Positions 28,927-43,293 of a DNA stretch of 63,672 bases are shown one piece after another; the stretch's first letter is position 1; each line of letters opens with the position of its first letter. The translations under genes were made by a program, and so were the position numbers. The notes beneath the pieces are model-generated. The model worked only from the letters and a program-made list of their open reading frames with translations. It made no database searches and was not told the DNA's origin. Origin of the DNA: Octopus bimaculoides (Eukaryota); NCBI RefSeq assembly GCF_001194135.2, contig NC_069009.1, forward strand, positions 10,881,412 through 10,945,083. The letters are read 5' to 3'.

Positions 28927-31900
28927 CATATACACGACTGGCTTCTTTCAGATTCCGTCTACCAAATCCACTCACAAGACTTTGGTCAGCCCGTGGCTAT
29001 AATGGAATAGTCTTGCTCAAGTTGCCACGCAGTGGGACTGAAACCGGAACCATGTGGTTGGTAAGCAAGCTACGTACCACACAGCCACTCTTGCGCCTTT
29101 ATCAATATAGATTTCAGATGGATCAACATCGAAGGGATCCACAAACCACTGCGGCACCATTATTTGCAGTAGATCAGAGAAGCGAATTTCCATATCATTA
29201 TGTAACTGCTTCAAATGATCAACAGAAAATGCCAAGTCATCATCAGGCAGCTCGATGGATATGCTTGCTCAGGAAGAAACCTGCAAATTCCCATCTTTCA
29301 AGATTCAACCGGAATAACTTAGTTTCCCGTTGACGGTTTTAATTTTCTCTGTGTAAGAAAACAGATTTTCTCTGTGTAAGAAAACAGATTCATTGCTAAG
29401 GACATTTATCTTTTCAAGTATGTCACACAAGTAAAAAAAATTCCCTTTGCATCAGGTTTCTCTCCAAGTTCTGTATCACTCGAAAAAGTGCAACAAAATG
29501 ATGCAGGCAATTGCCCTTCGGTATCCATCTGACTTCAGTATTCAACACAAGTCGTTGAAATTCCTCGTCGTTATTTTCAGATAATTGATTAAAGAGGTGA
29601 TCTTGCAGTGCATTGTTTTTCATCAAGTTCACAGCTTTGATAACATTCATAAGTGCATCACACAATATCCTGCTGTATGTTTGGCAACCAGATGCTGTGG
29701 ATGAAGAACACAGTCCACGAAAAGCACTTTACATTCGGAACAATTTTTTAAGTGAGCACGGTATCTCCGATATCTTGCGATCATAGCAGCAGTGCCATCT
29801 GTTGCACAAGCCACAATGTTCTTCAGTGGAATGTTGTTCTCTTCAAACTAGGCCTCGAGCTTTTTGAAGATGGATTCCCATTTCGTACCGGTCATTAATT
29901 CTTGACATATATCATTATGAAACCTAACAAATGCTGTTAAAATCGCAGAATTATCAGGTGGGAGTTGAGTCATCTATTTGCAGTGAGAAGTCATTTACCT
30001 TAAGTTTTGAAATTAATTGGCTTTCAACATCAGCTGCCATTTCATCAATCCGTCATGATACTGATGAGTCACTCAGAGGAATAACACTAGCAACATTTTG
30101 TGGACTCTGATCCATGACTGTTGGGAGTACTACAGCCACTGCAGGTATGATCAAAGATTCACCAATAGTGTGAGGCTTACCAGTTTTTGCAACTGAATTT
30201 GCTATCTTGTAAGACGCCCACATTCCTCTGTCTACTCTTGCTGCTTTTTAGTGAACATGTGATCCACTGTCATCCTTCCTTGAAACTCATCACGTAACCT
30301 TTTGAGGAAATCTAGTGGCTTGTCTCTCTTATCTCTATGTGCAATCTCCAGATATTTTTTTTTCAGTTTGCCGGAACGCATACTTTCATTTAAGAACGAA
30401 ATCTTACATAGCAGACGCATAGGCGTGGTAGAATTTTGTGGAATTTTAATGAATCCATAAGCACGTATTCGTCAGAATACTGTCTACACTCTTTTGAGAT
30501 GCACTTGCCAGGTTTATCTGAAATAAATGTTTTCAAAAAAGTTGAATAAACAAGAGAATAGTTTTAAGTGTTTTCGTCAGAATTGAATACAGAGTAATGT
30601 AAATCAATATGCTTTTTTTATCCGAGAATACAATTGGATCTAAAACCAAGTTTATACAGTTAATACATTACGCAGTTAACTAAATCAAAGGCTTTTAATA
30701 ATCAGAAACAACAGAGAAGATTTATGCTTATAAAAAGATAAAAAATATCAAGACAAAGGTTCATCGTTCCCTTTTCAGTTGACAATCCAGAAAGAAAATT
30801 AATTTGGTGAAAAGAAACTAAATTATAAAGGTGATAGCTAAAGCAAGCGAGATGGAGAAAATAGGACTGGCCTATTGTTGAATCAAACTCGAATGGCGAA
30901 AAGGAGTTAGCGAAGTATATTGAAAATGTATTTTCACTTTTAAAGAAAAATGATTTTATAATATATTTTGTTATATTCTTTTAAACATAGTTCAATATTA
31001 AATTTTACTCTAATTAAATTAAGTATATAATACTATTCAGTGACCAATTATTGTATTATTAAATTGATTAATAATTTAATAGTTGTATAAAAGTGCATAT
31101 AAGAGTGATGTTATCTAATTTTCTAATGAATTGTTCGTTTGTTTGCAGGGTACCCTCGGCCTCTTACCTCCCTCTTGATTGCCCATCTTAGTTTGAATTC
31201 TTCTCAAAGCCCTTTTTAATTATAGTTATTTTTTAAAAATAAATCATATACTCGTATGTGAAGAAACAGTTTTCCTGAGCGCTTGGGTCCAATTTGAATG
31301 ATTGATCAATGATTTAACTTGGCGGATCGACCTTTTCTCCCTCGCCTGTGACGCTATGGACTTAGATGGAATATTTATGATATTTGAAGTAACGTAACAA
31401 CTTAGGTAAAATGAAGTAAAAACAAGTAAACACTTGCACACTAACAGCGCATAAAAATATAATTTAACAAGCAGATAAAGAATCAAGAGCAGAAGTAGGA
31501 TGAAATAAGCAGAGAAAGAGAGAAAGAAGTGGTATAATTTCACAAGGCAAAAAGAAAAATGAATCGTAAAGTGACTTGTGCGGATGTTCACCAGTTAGCA
31601 TGGACATTGTTGATTGGATGGATTTTCTATGTCATCAATAATCTTGAAGTGGAGGTTTTTATTAATACTGGTCACTTAGCTTTCCGCGATGTCCATTATG
31701 TATGTATGCCTTGTAGCATTAAAATTTTGGAGCAATTTGGTATGATGCAATGATATGTAGCTGATCATCATACGAACCAGACACACAGCACTCATAATCT
31801 AATATTTTAACATCTGTCCTTTAGGTACATATATGAGTGTAATAGAAAATTACCTCATAATGATGACCTGTTGGCACTCCGTACGCTTACGACGTCGAGG

Positions 31901-33924
31901 GTTCCAGTTGATCCGATCAACGGAACAGCCTGCTCGTGAAATTAACGTGCAAGTGGCTGAGCACTCCACAGATACGTGTACCCTTAACGTAGTTCTCGGG
32001 GAGATTCAGCGTGACACAGTGTGACAAGGCTGACCCTTTGAATTACAGGCACAACAGAAACATGTAGTAAGAGTGAGAGAAAGTTGTGGTGAAAGAGTAC
32101 AGCAGGGTTCGCCACCATCCCCATGCCGGAGCCTCGTGGAGCTTTAGGTGTTTTCGCTCAATAAACACTCACAGCGCCCGGTCTTGGAATCGAACCCGCG
32201 ATCCTATGACCGCGAGTCCACTGCCCTAACCACTGGGCCATTGCGCCTCCACTAAGGATGACCAATTATAATTATAAGCGCATATAAACGTGTGTCTTAT
32301 CTGTATATATGTAATGTGCATTTTACAAATAAAATACGTACCTACATGTTAATATTTTATGATTCCCAAATTTTCTCTGCCGTAGTATCCTGTTGCTCCC
32401 TATTTTTCAAACTCAGCTTTGTGACCCCAAAGAATGTTTCATGCCATCCTAGGGGGGGGGGGCATATGGCTCCAATAGAGAAAGCTTGATCTAATCGACC
32501 GGACCCCTCTTTGTGCCTAGAGTAGAAAAGAACATTTCCTTAGTTGTCTTTTGATAATTTTAAGAGCAATGACTAACCGTTTATCTCCTATGTTGTTGTC
32601 GTTGAGGTACTAGTATATGGTGTCTGTGTTTATTGTTACAGCCTGTATGCCGCATGAAAGTATCAATCGATGGTGTTACACTGAAGTTTGAAAAATCCTG
32701 CAGCACATACCGAAAATGCATTGATGCTATGACAAGCAATATCTTTACATGCAAAAAATGGAAGAGTGGATCTTCCTGTGTTGCTTGTTGCATCGGAAAC
32801 TTATGTAATAAGAACGATTTCATAGGTCAGTGTTTTTTATTTTCTGATATAATTAAACCTGCTTTATTACAGATGAAAGGTTAAACACATTTAAATAGTT
32901 ATTGTATCTTGCTTACCTTATTTACCTGTTTCAGTCATTAGACTTCGACCATGCTGGGGCACCGCCGTAAAGAATTTTAGTCGAATAAATCAACCCCAGT
33001 TCTTTTTTAAGCCTGATTTTTATTCTATCTGACTCTTTTGCTGAACCACCAAGTTAAGGCTTGCAAACAAACGAAGACCGGTTTTCAAGCGGTGATAGTG
33101 TGACAGATACAGACGCAAAGACAGACACAAACATGCATATATATATATATATATAACGAAAACATTTGAGGGATTGCAAACAACACCAAGTGCAGGTAGA
33201 AACATTGCAACTTTTAAATTTTTAAAAGTTGATGGTCAAGCCAAAATGATCACAAACTGTGTGAAATGCAGAAACAAGAGATTGAAAGTTCATTTCAAAG
33301 TGACTGGCAAGGTTGAAATGGTAAGCGTATAAAGGATCCCTAATGAGTGAAGTAAAAACATTTGTTTTGGATTTCACCCTGGACAGATTAAAAATATTCC
33401 CTGTTGTTTGATATTTTATGTAGATATTCTCATTGGAGTTTTGAAAAGCGTGTGACAGCTCCCACTCTAGGTTGCAAAAAGGGTGGGTGCATCAGGATCT
33501 GCTTGCTTTATACCATTTTCCAGGGCAAAGATATTCACAGAGCCTACCACCAAAATTAACCTTAACCTTCACATCTTAAAGCAAAGCCGTCATCATATAC
33601 ACAATTTTTGGGGGCAACTTATTTACATTAGAATTAGCCACAGAGCATTTCAATTAACAGTCTTGAATGACTTGTTTAAATCAATAAAGAAAAGGTAATC
33701 TAGACTCAGAACTACATCTACGAATTCAAAGGTCGGCACAAGAATTTGATGACTTGGAGTCACGCTTTTGGCATCAACGACATATAAATAACAACACAAA
33801 ATTGGCTCTTCACAAATCGTTTATCTTACTATTCCTGTTGTATTCTTCTGAAATATGTACGTGTTATGAACGACATTTCAAATTGTTAGAACAATTTCAC
33901 CAAAACAGCCTTCGCATGGCAAGA

Positions 33925-33955
<31 letters not shown>

Positions 33956-34886
33956 NNNNNNNNNNNNNNNNNNNNNNNNNNNNNNNNNNNNNNNNNNNNN
34001 NNNNNNNNNNNNNNNNNNNNNNNNNNNNNNNNNNNNNNNNNNNNNNNNNNNNNNNNNNNNNNNNNNNNNNNNNNNNNNNNNNNNNNNNNNNNNNNNNNNN
34101 NNNNNNNNNNNNNNNNNNNNNNNNNNNNNNNNNNNNNNNNNNNNNNNNNNNNNNNNNNNNNNNNNNNNNNNNNNNNNNNNNNNNNNNNNNNNNNNNNNNN
34201 NNNNNNNNNNNNNNNNNNNNNNNNNNNNNNNNNNNNNNNNNNNNNNNNNNNNNNNNNNNNNNNNNNNNNNNNNNNNNNNNNNNNNNNNNNNNNNNNNNNN
34301 NNNNNNNNNNNNNNNNNNNNNNNNNNNNNNNNNNNNNNNNNNNNNNNNNNNNNNNNNNNNNNNNNNNNNNNNNNNNNNNNNNNNNNNNNNNNNNNNNNNN
34401 NNNNNNNNNNNNNNNNNNNNNNNNNNNNNNNNNNNNNNNNNNNNNNNNNNNNNNNNNNNNNNNNNNNNNNNNNNNNNNNNNNNNNNNNNNNNNNNNNNNN
34501 NNNNNNNNNNNNNNNNNNNNNNNNNNNNNNNNNNNNNNNNNNNNNNNNNNNNNNNNNNNNNNNNNNNNNNNNNNNNNNNNNNNNNNNNNNNNNNNNNNNN
34601 NNNNNNNNNNNNNNNNNNNNNNNNNNNNNNNNNNNNNNNNNNNNNNNNNNNNNNNNNNNNNNNNNNNNNNNNNNNNNNNNNNNNNNNNNNNNNNNNNNNN
34701 NNNNNNNNNNNNNNNNNNNNNNNNNNNNNNNNNNNNNNNNNNNNNNNNNNNNNNNNNNNNNNNNNNNNNNNNNNNNNNNNNNNNNNNNNNNNNNNNNNNN
34801 NNNNNNNNNNNNNNNNNNNNNNNNNNNNNNNNNNNNNNNNNNNNNNNNNNNNNNNNNNNNNNNNNNNNNNNNNNNNNNNNNNNNNN

Positions 34887-34940
<54 letters not shown>

Positions 34941-36652
34941 ATATAACAAATACGGGATTATATTATCAATCACAACAATTGTTTCGCCACATCTTGCATC
35001 GACTCCTCTTGTGGGACAGACTAAAACTGGCTCAGGAGTATCTGGTGGTACAGACGTATTAATATGTTTGGGTAAGATCCAAGGATCAAAGTGGGGGAAA
35101 TTAATGAGCTTCAAGCAATCCGTAGAAGAAGTAGAAAAAGCAACTTTTGGGAACAGACATGGTTTATTGGCGCAGATGGTTGTGATGTTTTCTCGTATCC
35201 AAATACAATAAGTTGAAAAAAGTTTATCTTTTTAGATTATGGTTAGCAACAGTGGTTTTTGCAGATGCGAATAAACATCCAAAATTAAGGGAATGGTGAA
35301 GATAAAATCCAAGCTACATATGTATCATAGCTAGCAGAACCTCGAAAGTAGTAAATTAGCCAAACGAGGGGTTGACTGCAAGTTACTTTTCAGGAAAAAG
35401 ACTTTCCAGTCCTTCGAATTATATTTATACATATGTTTGCACCCACTGAACATTTCAGACCTAAATTTCAGTAGAGAGTTAGGGATCCTAGAAATGAAAA
35501 GGATTTGTGCTCTTTCAGCTAAACATAGGCTACATTTGTTTGATCCAGTAACATACCATGTAGATTTCTGAGTTTCTGTTCCACTTAAACACATGCGTTC
35601 TTTTGTTAGCTTGCAAACTCCAACATGGTTAGCCAACCTAGTAGCCTTCCTTTTATTCTTATGTCGGAAACGTTTATAAATATATTTAGAAGAATTGGAA
35701 AATTCCGCCTATCCCTTATTACCTTGCTGATATCTTTCCACCCTTGTCATTTAAGGACGAAGGGGATAACTCTTAATTTCGTTACTTTTTACTTTCTGCA
35801 TTTTAGTTTAAAAGATTTCGTTTTTCGGTTCCGTTTTCTATTTCTTTTAACCTTCCTCGTTTTTTATATGCTTCCTTCTCAGCTTTTTCACGTTTTCTCT
35901 CTTATTCAATTTTATTCATTCGTTATGATACATAGTTTGTGCCTGAAGAATATATTTGTGATCTTTTCCATTATATGAATCGATTAGTAGCACATAAAAT
36001 ATTGTGTCCTTTAAATAAATAATAAATGTGTCTGTGTGTATGAAGATGTATTTACGTGAATGTGCATTTATGTGAAATATACTGTGTGAGTAGATGCGGA
36101 TATATGGCTGTTCTCTAATCTATGCGTGTTTAGGAATGATGGTTTATATTTATGTAAGCGTGCGTGTGATTAAATTGATGTCATTTCTGTCGGATAAAAT
36201 GTTCTGGTTTCTGATTAGAACGATTATTCTTCCGTTAGAAACTTTTGCCCAACTAGCAATAGTAAAGCTGTAACCCTAATAAACTAGGTAACCTTTTACA
36301 TATTTCTCATGCTCCTTTGTCCTCTATAGTGTCTATGTGTCATGAACAAAAGAAATGTAATCGTGTGTCGTTCATGCATTTGACGGTTGTGAATCCGTTT
36401 TCAGCTTCCTCGATCTCAATAAAACTCACCTCATGTATCTCATTTATTAAAGCAAACATTCTCTTCCATTTTTATATCCTTATCTAGGCTGGAGCAACAC
36501 CTTTGTATTTCATCTGATTTTCAATTCGACATTTAAGAAGTTCAATGAAAACATATCTAGAGTTGTGAGTAGATATTTATTTTCTCCCTCTCATCCTCTC
36601 TGTCTGTCTGTCTCTCCCTCTTTCATGCGCGCAACACACACATATGTAAGTA

Positions 36653-36685
<33 letters not shown>

Positions 36686-39600
36686 NNNNNNNNNNNNNNN
36701 NNNNNNNNNNNNNNNNNNNNNNNNNNNNNNNNNNNNNNNNNNNNNNNNNNNNNNNNNNNNNNNNNNNNNNNNNNNNNNNNNNNNNNNNNNNNNNNNNNNN
36801 NNNNNNNNNNNNNNNNNNNNNNNNNNNNNNNNNNNNNNNNNNNNNNNNNNNNTGTGTGTGTGTATGTGTGGGTGTGTGTGTGTGTGTATGTATGTGTGTG
36901 TGCGTGTGTACATATGTCTGTAATTATATATAAATTCTATATAAATTCATTAGTTACTATAATTTATTAGTTTCTTTTGCATACTCTTAGTTTATGCATG
37001 TGTATGCAAATATAGTATTGGTATATCCCGTTTATGTTCATTAGTAATTAAATCAATAAAGAAGTTTGACATGTACAATTATTTATTTCCCCCCAGTGTG
37101 TATATATAAAAATTATAAAGAATAAAGAGAAAAGGGAGAGGTAATTAATAAGATTATTTATTAATTATAAAATATGATATCTCTGACAGCTGTTTCGATT
37201 CGCAAATATTTAGATAATTTATAAAGTTAAAATCATTGTAAGATGAATCTCTCCAGAGATGGTAAAGGCATACCGAGTAGAAATACAAGCTATTTCAAGT
37301 TGGGGTTTCTATTCGGTATATCTTTACAACCTCTGAAGCGATTCAACTTATAATGATATTAATTTTATAAATCCATTATCTAAAGATCTGTGAATCGAAA
37401 CAGCTGTCAGAGTTGTTGTCATATTCTATAATTAATAAATAATTTTATTAATTACCTCTCCGTTTACTACTTATTTCTAAATATATAAATATATGAACCA
37501 CGGTTTATAAGGTTGTAACTAACCAACATTTTCAATGGATCCATGATCACCTTGATGAGTTTTATTACTTTTACTTAATTAAATATAAATTATACATATT
37601 ATCAAAATGCAGTAGTATTATATTCAAAACAATAGTACTATTTTCCAGCAAAATAAAGCACCGTCAATGTAGAATTATATATAGGAAATAGTAGTACAAC
37701 AAAGTACCAATTGTTTCGGGAAATAGCAGTCAATAAACGCTCGACGCTAGCTAAAGCTTCACTGAATGTATAGATGCAAAGGTGTGTGCCGCCGGTGAGC
37801 ATAAAAATCTTTCGTCTTACCTATACGATAAACCCGAGAGAAATGGACAACCCAGTATATATACAGATGCATAGATTAGAGGTTAGGGTGTTAGACTCAT
37901 CGTAAGATTGCGATTTCGATTCTTGGACCGGTCGACAACGCACTTCATTTTACATTGCCCCAGTTTACTCAGCTGGTAAAACTGTGTAACTTTGTAACGA
38001 CAGGCACCTTGTTAGTCGGTATAATCCGCGCAGCTAAACACGGATAATTGAATGCTGAATATCAAAAATATTTCCGAATTACAGATTCCAAGTTAGGTGA
38101 ATAAAATATTTCATTTTATATATTTTATATATAGGCGCAGGCGTGGCTGTGTGGTAAGTAGGTCGCTTACCAACCACATGGTTCCGAGTTCAGTCCCACT
38201 GCGTTGCACCTTAGACAAGTGTCTTCTACTATAGCGTCGAGTCAACCAAAGCCTTGTGAGTGGATTTGGTAGACGGAAATTGAAATATGCCTGTGTTTGT
38301 CCCCTACCATCGTTTGACATCTAATATTTGTGTCTTTACGTCCCCGTAACAAAGCGGTTCGGCGAAAAGAGTCCAATAAAATAAGTACTAGGCTTACAAA
38401 GAAAATGTCCTGGGGATCCATTTCTTCGACTACAGGCGGTTCTCCAGTATGGCCGCAGACGCATGACTGAATCAAATACAAAGTATATATANNNNNNNNN
38501 NNNNNNNNNNNNNNNNNNNNNNNNNNNNNNNNNNNNNNNNNNNNNNNNNNNNNNNNNNNNNNNNNNNNNNNNNNNNNNNNNNNNNNNNNNNNNNNNNNNN
38601 NNNNNNNNNNNNNNNNNNNNNNNNNNNNNNNNNNNNNNNNNNNNNNNNNNNNNNNNNNNNNNNNNNNNNNNNNNNNNNNNNNNNNNNNNNNNNNNNNNNN
38701 NNNNNNNNNNNNNNNNNNNNNNNNNNNNNNNNNNNNNNNNNNNNNNNNNNNNNNNNNNNNNNNNNNNNNNNNNNNNNNNNNNNNNNNNNNNNNNNNNNNN
38801 NNNNNNNNNNNNNNNNNNNNNNNNNNNNNNNNNNNNNNNNNNNNNNNNNNNNNNNNNNNNNNNNNNNNNNNNNNNNNNNNNNNNNNNNNNNNNNNNNNNN
38901 NNNNNNNNNNNNNNNNNNNNNNNNNNNNNNNNNNNNNNNNNNNNNNNNNNNNNNNNNNNNNNNNNNNNNNNNNNNNNNNNNNNNNNNNNNNNNNNNNNNN
39001 NNNNNNNNNNNNNNNNNNNNNNNNNNNNNNNNNNNNNNNNNNNNNNNNNNNTATATATATATATATATATTTATATATATACAGGGATTGGACAAAACAG
39101 TGGAAACACCTTAAAATTTCAAACAAATTTTACTCTAATACGGGGTAAGCTGCCTTTGGCAGTAATTACAGCTTGAATTCTACGAGGTATGGACTCGTAC
39201 AAAGTTTGAATTGTTTCCGAATGAACTCTTGTCCATTCTTCGGCTAATATAGTCTCCATTTCTTGTTGCGATGATGGTGGAGGATGAAGGATATTGACTC
39301 CTTACTTGTTTTCCTAAAATACACCATAAGCGTTCAATAATATTGAGATCCGTGCATTGCAGTAGCCAGATAAGATGCTCATCGTGCCATTCAATAACAA
39401 ATTTAGCTGTGTGAATTGGTGCATTATCATCATAAAAGATTGCGTTTCCCTCCGTAATCAATTCCGTTACCATAGGTTGAATTTGATCAGATAAAATGCT
39501 TAAATAGTCTTCACTATTAATTCTGCCATGAAGAGAAACGATTGAGCCTGCAAATTTCCAAGATATAGCCACACAGATCATCACAGATCCTCCTCCGTGT

Positions 39601-42600
39601 TTAACAGTTGGAAGAAGGCAGTCTGTATCAAATGCTTCTTCTGTCTGTCTCCACACATATACTCGACCGGTGGTCGGAAATAAGGTAACAGATGAGTCGT
39701 CCGAGAAAATAACATTCTTCCACTGCCCTAGGTAACATTTCTGTAGGTTTTTGCTCCACTCTACACATTTTGCAACGCTTCTTTTTGAAAATAGTCGTTT
39801 TCTGATCGCAGCCCTCCCCTGAAATCCGGCTTTATGCAGCTCCCGGCAAACAGTTTTCGTGGAAACTGGGTTCTCCAGGTGGTCATTAAGCTCTGCAGTA
39901 ATTTTGGGAACTGTAATTTTGTGATCCTTTCTAACAGTTCGCGTAAGAGTCCGACCATCTCTATCCGAAAGTTTCGGTTGTCTTCCGGAGTTTTGATTTA
40001 ACGGGGAGGTTTTTCCCTCTTTCTCAAAGGCTGTCATTGCTTTCGGACAGTACTTCTTGATACACCAAATTTTCGGCTGTTTTCGTTACGCTAGCGCCTG
40101 CCAGAAGATCACCAGAAAATTTGACTTCTGTGAAAGTCCAATAGGTTTGTCATTTTAATGAATTTTAATTACCTTTTGCTGATGATATCTAAAAAGAAAC
40201 AGCAATTTTAGCAAAATATATTAATCAACACTACTAATAAATAAAAAAAAAGATAAAAACAAACAAGCTTTTGACGGTTTTACAGATATTTCAAAATTAT
40301 GATGCCATGATCCTAGTGGTTTCCATTATATTGTCCAAAACCTGTGTATATTATATGCATGTATAAAACTATTGCAGATAGAGCATGAATTATCAAACCT
40401 GACAGGAACTTTCGAAGTGCAGTATTGTGGGTAAGAAAAATGCTATTTACCACTTTTCTTCAAATACTGTTTATTCTAGGTCAAAGTATTCCCATGTTTA
40501 TTTTTACTGTATATATTAAATATTACAATAACTTGTGATCCATAATATACTGATTCATGAATTCAATCAAATGTTGAGCTGTATTAATATTATTAATATG
40601 GCAAACAGACTTACATATAGATGTATAGAATGGAGTACGAGGGATGTTCATTAAAGATTTCCTGTGACCCACTTCTGTTTATTGCAGGAAACGGAACTTG
40701 TAAAGCTACAATCATATATGCCTCCATATGTCACATTGTAAATTATAGCTTTCCACTAGTATTCGTTTGTCTTTTACGACTGCTGAAGAGGACTAGTCTG
40801 TTATAATGGAGGCAGTTCAATGCGGATCAGAAATCAGATGCTTATACTTGAAAGGACGTACAACAAAGGAGACTTTCGATGAATGGGGTTTATGGGGACG
40901 ATGCACCATCATACAACTTAGACAATCCTTGGCATCGCCTATTCAAATGTGATCAGACATCGATGGAAACTGCTCCTATTCCTGAACCACCACATCCCGT
41001 CGTCCATGGCGACAACATTTATAAAGTGGAAGTTACCGTTTTGGAGGATCGACGCATAACTATTTGGCTGCTAGCCTAAGAAGTGAAAATAAGTGTAGGG
41101 TCCACGGAAAAAAACAAAAACTCATTCACGACCATGTTCACATATGGAAGCTGTCTTCACGATGGATGCGCATACCTTTTCAGAAGCAGGAACGAGTCAA
41201 TTGTTCTCAGGCTCTTTTGCCATGAAAGCGAGGACATTTTCGGCAGACTTATCGCACAGGATGAAGAATGGATCCATCACTATGATTCTGAGACTAAAGT
41301 CCAGACGAAGCAATAGAAGCATGATAACTCATCTCCTCCAAAGAAGGTGCGTGCCCGAGCTTCATCAGGCAAGGTGATGCACACATTCTTTTGGGGCGCG
41401 CGTAGTGTAGAGATGACTGATTTTCTGATAAAGGGCACCTGAAATAGCGGGGCATATCATGCTTACACTACTCCAGAAATTGCAAAGAGATGTGACATGC
41501 TGAGCAAAGGTGTCCATCTCCTCCAAGTCAATGCTGCCGTTCACAATGCGCCTGTCGACCATCTGAAAGAGCTCTCCTGGGGCTATGAAATCCTTCATCA
41601 TCGCCCTGACTCACCCGACCTCGCACCATCTTATTTCCACACCTCGCCAAAAACGAGGTCTTTTTCAAAGGGGCAGTGTTTTCGGATGATGATGAACTCA
41701 TTTCCGAGTAAGTCTTGGCTCTAGATGCAACCTATAGACGTCTAGAGACGAGATCTTCACAGCTGCTTAAAGCAATGGGAGAAGTGTGTCACGATTGAGG
41801 GTAGCTACGTAGGGAAGGACTAATAATTATAGCAAGTTTCGTTTATCCCACTGTTTGGGAAGTAGGTCAGAAGATATCTTTAATTAACACCCCTTGTACA
41901 TATGAATATTTGTGTGTACATATACGTTGATGCACCTGTCATCATCGGCAACATCATCATAATTTCATGTCTGCTCTCTGCCATCGTTTGACGGTTTGAG
42001 AGAAATCGAGAAAAATCCGATGTCTGTCTTGGCATGAATTCTACGGCTTTACAGAGTGCGGTTTACCCAGTGTACTAGGAGCTCATCTTGTGTCCCGATC
42101 ATCAGAGAGGCCACCTTGAAAGTTGAAAGACTAAAGAGACTAAATATAATTGAGATGTATAACATTATTTGAACCTATAATACACACACAGACACATCCA
42201 AACACACAGGCAAGCACGTACAAATACACAGACACACGTGACTAAATTGACTAATTTCCTTGTTTTGGACTCTGCCTTTTGAAATGAGTTTGGTTATAAA
42301 AAGCAGAATCCAAAGTCAGCACCTCCCGTCATGGTAAAACCGAGCAGGTTAGACAATTTTATCAAATATATATAGAGAAGGATAGAGAAAATCGAGTGTG
42401 TATATATGTGTGTGTATGTGTGTGGGAGAGGAGAGAGAGAAATGAAAAGAGAGAAACAGAGAGACGAAGAGATAGGGAGAAGGTGAGAGGGAGAAAGCGA
42501 GAGATAGAGGGTTATCTAAAACACAATTTGGCATTTTCACTCTATAAACTATTATGTGTCATAAGTTTACCCACATGCCAACGCCATTCACCAAGGCTTA

Positions 42601-43258
42601 AAACTGACTGGTAAACAATACTCAGTAATGTTTCAATAAATCATAAACCCAGCTCATCTTGTTTATGACTGGTCAATTTTATATGGCATCACTATGACAT
42701 GAAGAGTGCCAAATTATATTTCCGGTCATATAAAGCACTTCGAATATTACTTTAGTAAATTTCAAGTGGGGTGTGTGCCGTAAATCATTTACCATTCCTG
42801 TCGTATCTCACTTCCCTTGAAAATCATAATCTGCCTCTCCGCATATTCTTTCATGCTCAACTGTTTTTCTTTGTCTTCTTTTCTAGATAATTACCTAACT
42901 TTTTGTTTATTTTTCTTCCACTTATTTTCCATTACCTACTTTGTAAACCCTCTTCAGAAATTGTTCTGTTTTCGATTTTCGTGTCAACTACTACACCGTT
43001 TACTCCTGTTCCCTACATCATAGACTATGATGAACACTCTGTCTATCAGGAGGTAATGAAAAAATATGTCGATTTATATCTCAAAGCTCTCTACCTTGTA
43101 AGTTCATAATGCAATTATTTATTGTAAAATTAATGAAGGTGGACATTGAAACGATCGTAGGCCTTACATAATTGACAGTTACGTAAATAAATTGATTTTG
43201 CTGTATTCAAACTCGCCATTTGTTATTATACTACTGAAATTTTATGTGTGTGTGTGTA

Positions 43259-43293
<35 letters not shown>

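Larger units (their letters stand above)
28063..32488 (-). mobile_element. Buster/Charlie-type hAT transposon, decayed, about 4.4 kb
   Basis: Perfect 8-bp TSD ATCTAATC (28055-28062, 32489-32496; nnnTAnnn); imperfect TIRs GAGTGGTTCTCAA / CAAGCTTTCTCTA. Transposase pieces include [25 protein letters not shown] and [15 protein letters not shown]...RNRLDV. Confidence 0.88.
37105..37490. repeat. About 390-bp foldback (long inverted repeat) built from two hammerhead-bearing arms
   Basis: ggagaggtaattaataa...ctctgacagctgtttcgattc pairs with gaatcgaaacagctgtcagag...ttattaattacctctcc; inner arms aaaggcataccgagtagaaa / tttctattcggtatatcttt. Confidence 0.85.

Noticed and set aside
32160-32250. tRNA-like sequence on the minus strand
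   Set aside because: It is the head of a SINE and continues directly into the SINE body; no independent tRNA gene is supported.
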